Source: Spirochaetia bacterium | GTDB taxonomy: Bacteria > Spirochaetota > Spirochaetia > CADAEX01 | DNA length: 64,000 nucleotides | NCBI GenBank assembly: GCA_963662795.1 | Contig: OY759746.1 | Coordinates: 2,048,001 to 2,112,000 of the forward strand | Direction of reading: 5' to 3' | Shown here: piece by piece, positions 63,254 through 64,000 of the stretch | How positions within the stretch are numbered: position 1 is the first letter of the stretch | Layout: every line of letters begins with the position of its first letter | Position numbers and translations under genes: made by a program | The notes under the pieces: generated by a model | The model's input: only the letters and a program-made list of their open reading frames with translations | What the model was told of the DNA's origin: nothing | Database searches by the model: none

Positions 63254-63525
63254 GTCCGGCCTTGGCGTTGCCGTGCGGCCTGGACAAGAAGCGATGATAC
63301 TAGTGGATAACAGAGGATACTGCGCTACGCTCGGAGTACCTCGCTTGGCCTGCGGCACACATCGTAGATTTTGAACTAAAACATCTATAAACAACAAATT
63401 TTTGAAGAAAAATACTGCAACCTTGAAATATTAACTCTTAGGCTACGATGCGTCGCTTATCCTCAGGACGTTATCCACAATATCATCGCAAGAGAACGCC
63501 GCCCGGACCTCCGGCCAACGGGCGA
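63254..63525 (+). repeat. Long attC-like composite site, core family II
   Basis: AAC 63309-63311, GTT 63470-63472. Confidence 0.88.
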
Positions 63526-63526
63526 A

Positions 63527-63599
63527 GAAAATAGAATTTGCTGTATAATATACTTTATACATATCATATATGGTTTTCTAGTTATTTAATATGTTATGT
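63527..63599 (+). other. Conserved internal leader ending in attI-like crossover (carrier cassette 6)
   Basis: TAGTTATTTAATAT-GTTATGT, GTT at 63593. Confidence 0.7.
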
Positions 63600-63626
63600 T
63601 TCAAAAAAGTTGGAGGTTAATAATTA

Positions 63627-64000
63627 ATGAGTACTTTAATTATTGATTTATCTCAATTTCCAGAAAGATTCAAAGAAAATAGTAGAAAAATTACAATCAC
63701 CAATAATGTTAATTTTATCTTTGGTAAAAATGGGACAGGAAAGACTACTATTTCAAATGTGATTTCAGATAATTTCTCAAGCAAATATGATATACATGTT
63801 TTTAATGGATTTGATGGAGTCGTTGGCGAGAATTATAGATTAGATGCAGTTTCATTAGGAACGATAAATGCAACAATTCAAAATGAAATTAATACAATTA
63901 CTGAAGAAATAAAAGTGATTTCAAGTAATATTGAAAAACCAATAGATAAAAAAGAAAACCTATTTACGAAATATGAGAAATCAAGAAATGTTTGTGATAA
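63627..64000 (+). CDS. AAA/ABC-type ATPase (RloC/AAA_13-like), runs off the window edge
   Basis: GGAGG then ATG 63627; NFIFGKNGTGKTT Walker A; HVFN motif. Confidence 0.7.
   Translation, partial: MSTLIIDLSQFPERFKENSRKITITNNVNFIFGKNGTGKTTISNVISDNFSSKYDIHVFNGFDGVVGENYRLDAVSLGTINATIQNEINTITEEIKVISSNIEKPIDKKENLFTKYEKSRNVCD

Larger units (their letters stand above)
1..64000 (+). mobile_element. Large integron-like gene cassette array (extends beyond both window edges)
   Basis: 35 co-oriented AAC...GTT-bounded imperfect palindromic repeats separate short AT-rich genes; a tyrosine recombinase is embedded; one cassette is duplicated with boundaries exactly at GTT. Confidence 0.92.

Noticed and set aside
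165-63472. Shufflon/invertible segments suggested by the terminal inverted arms
   Set aside because: All 34 units keep the same polarity of arms and hairpins; none is flipped
1416-63525. Repeats as tRNAs, group II introns or simple Rho-independent terminators
   Set aside because: No cloverleaf or reverse transcriptase; no + strand U-tract; the duplication breakpoints point to recombination sites, though some hairpins could terminate minus-strand transcripts
1-64000. CRISPR array interpretation of the periodic repeats
   Set aside because: Repeats are 250-310 bp and variable, the intervals are whole genes, and no cas genes are present

Overview
AT-rich bacterial DNA (a spirochete is plausible but cannot be proven from this window). 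The whole window is a large integron-like gene-cassette array. It has 35 intact long recombination-site-like repeats plus one degenerate copy, delimiting 34 complete units of 1-3 genes each, almost all on the + strand. Cargo includes 8 type II toxin-antitoxin pairs, many putative anti-phage genes (AbiH, PLD, PIN, RES, DUF4062, HEPN-like, AIPR, Mrr, helicase, protease plus nuclease, DUF3644), GNATs and redox enzymes. Seven IS copies have inserted (4x IS4, IS1182, IS3, IS30). The architecture departs from a textbook integron in four ways. (1) The only recombinase (2713-3597) lacks the IntI-specific insertion and sits inside the array. (2) The AAC...GTT cores are long, fall into 4 families and have a 1-versus-5 nt asymmetric bulge. 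(3) Each unit starts and ends with its own pair of complementary ~20-nt arms (14 variants; 33 of 34 units self-matched by manual comparison). (4) One arm class acts as a carrier: it holds an internal attI-like site loaded with cassettes ending in short canonical attC sites, i.e. an integron nested inside cassettes. Protein family calls come from motif recognition only; no database search was run.
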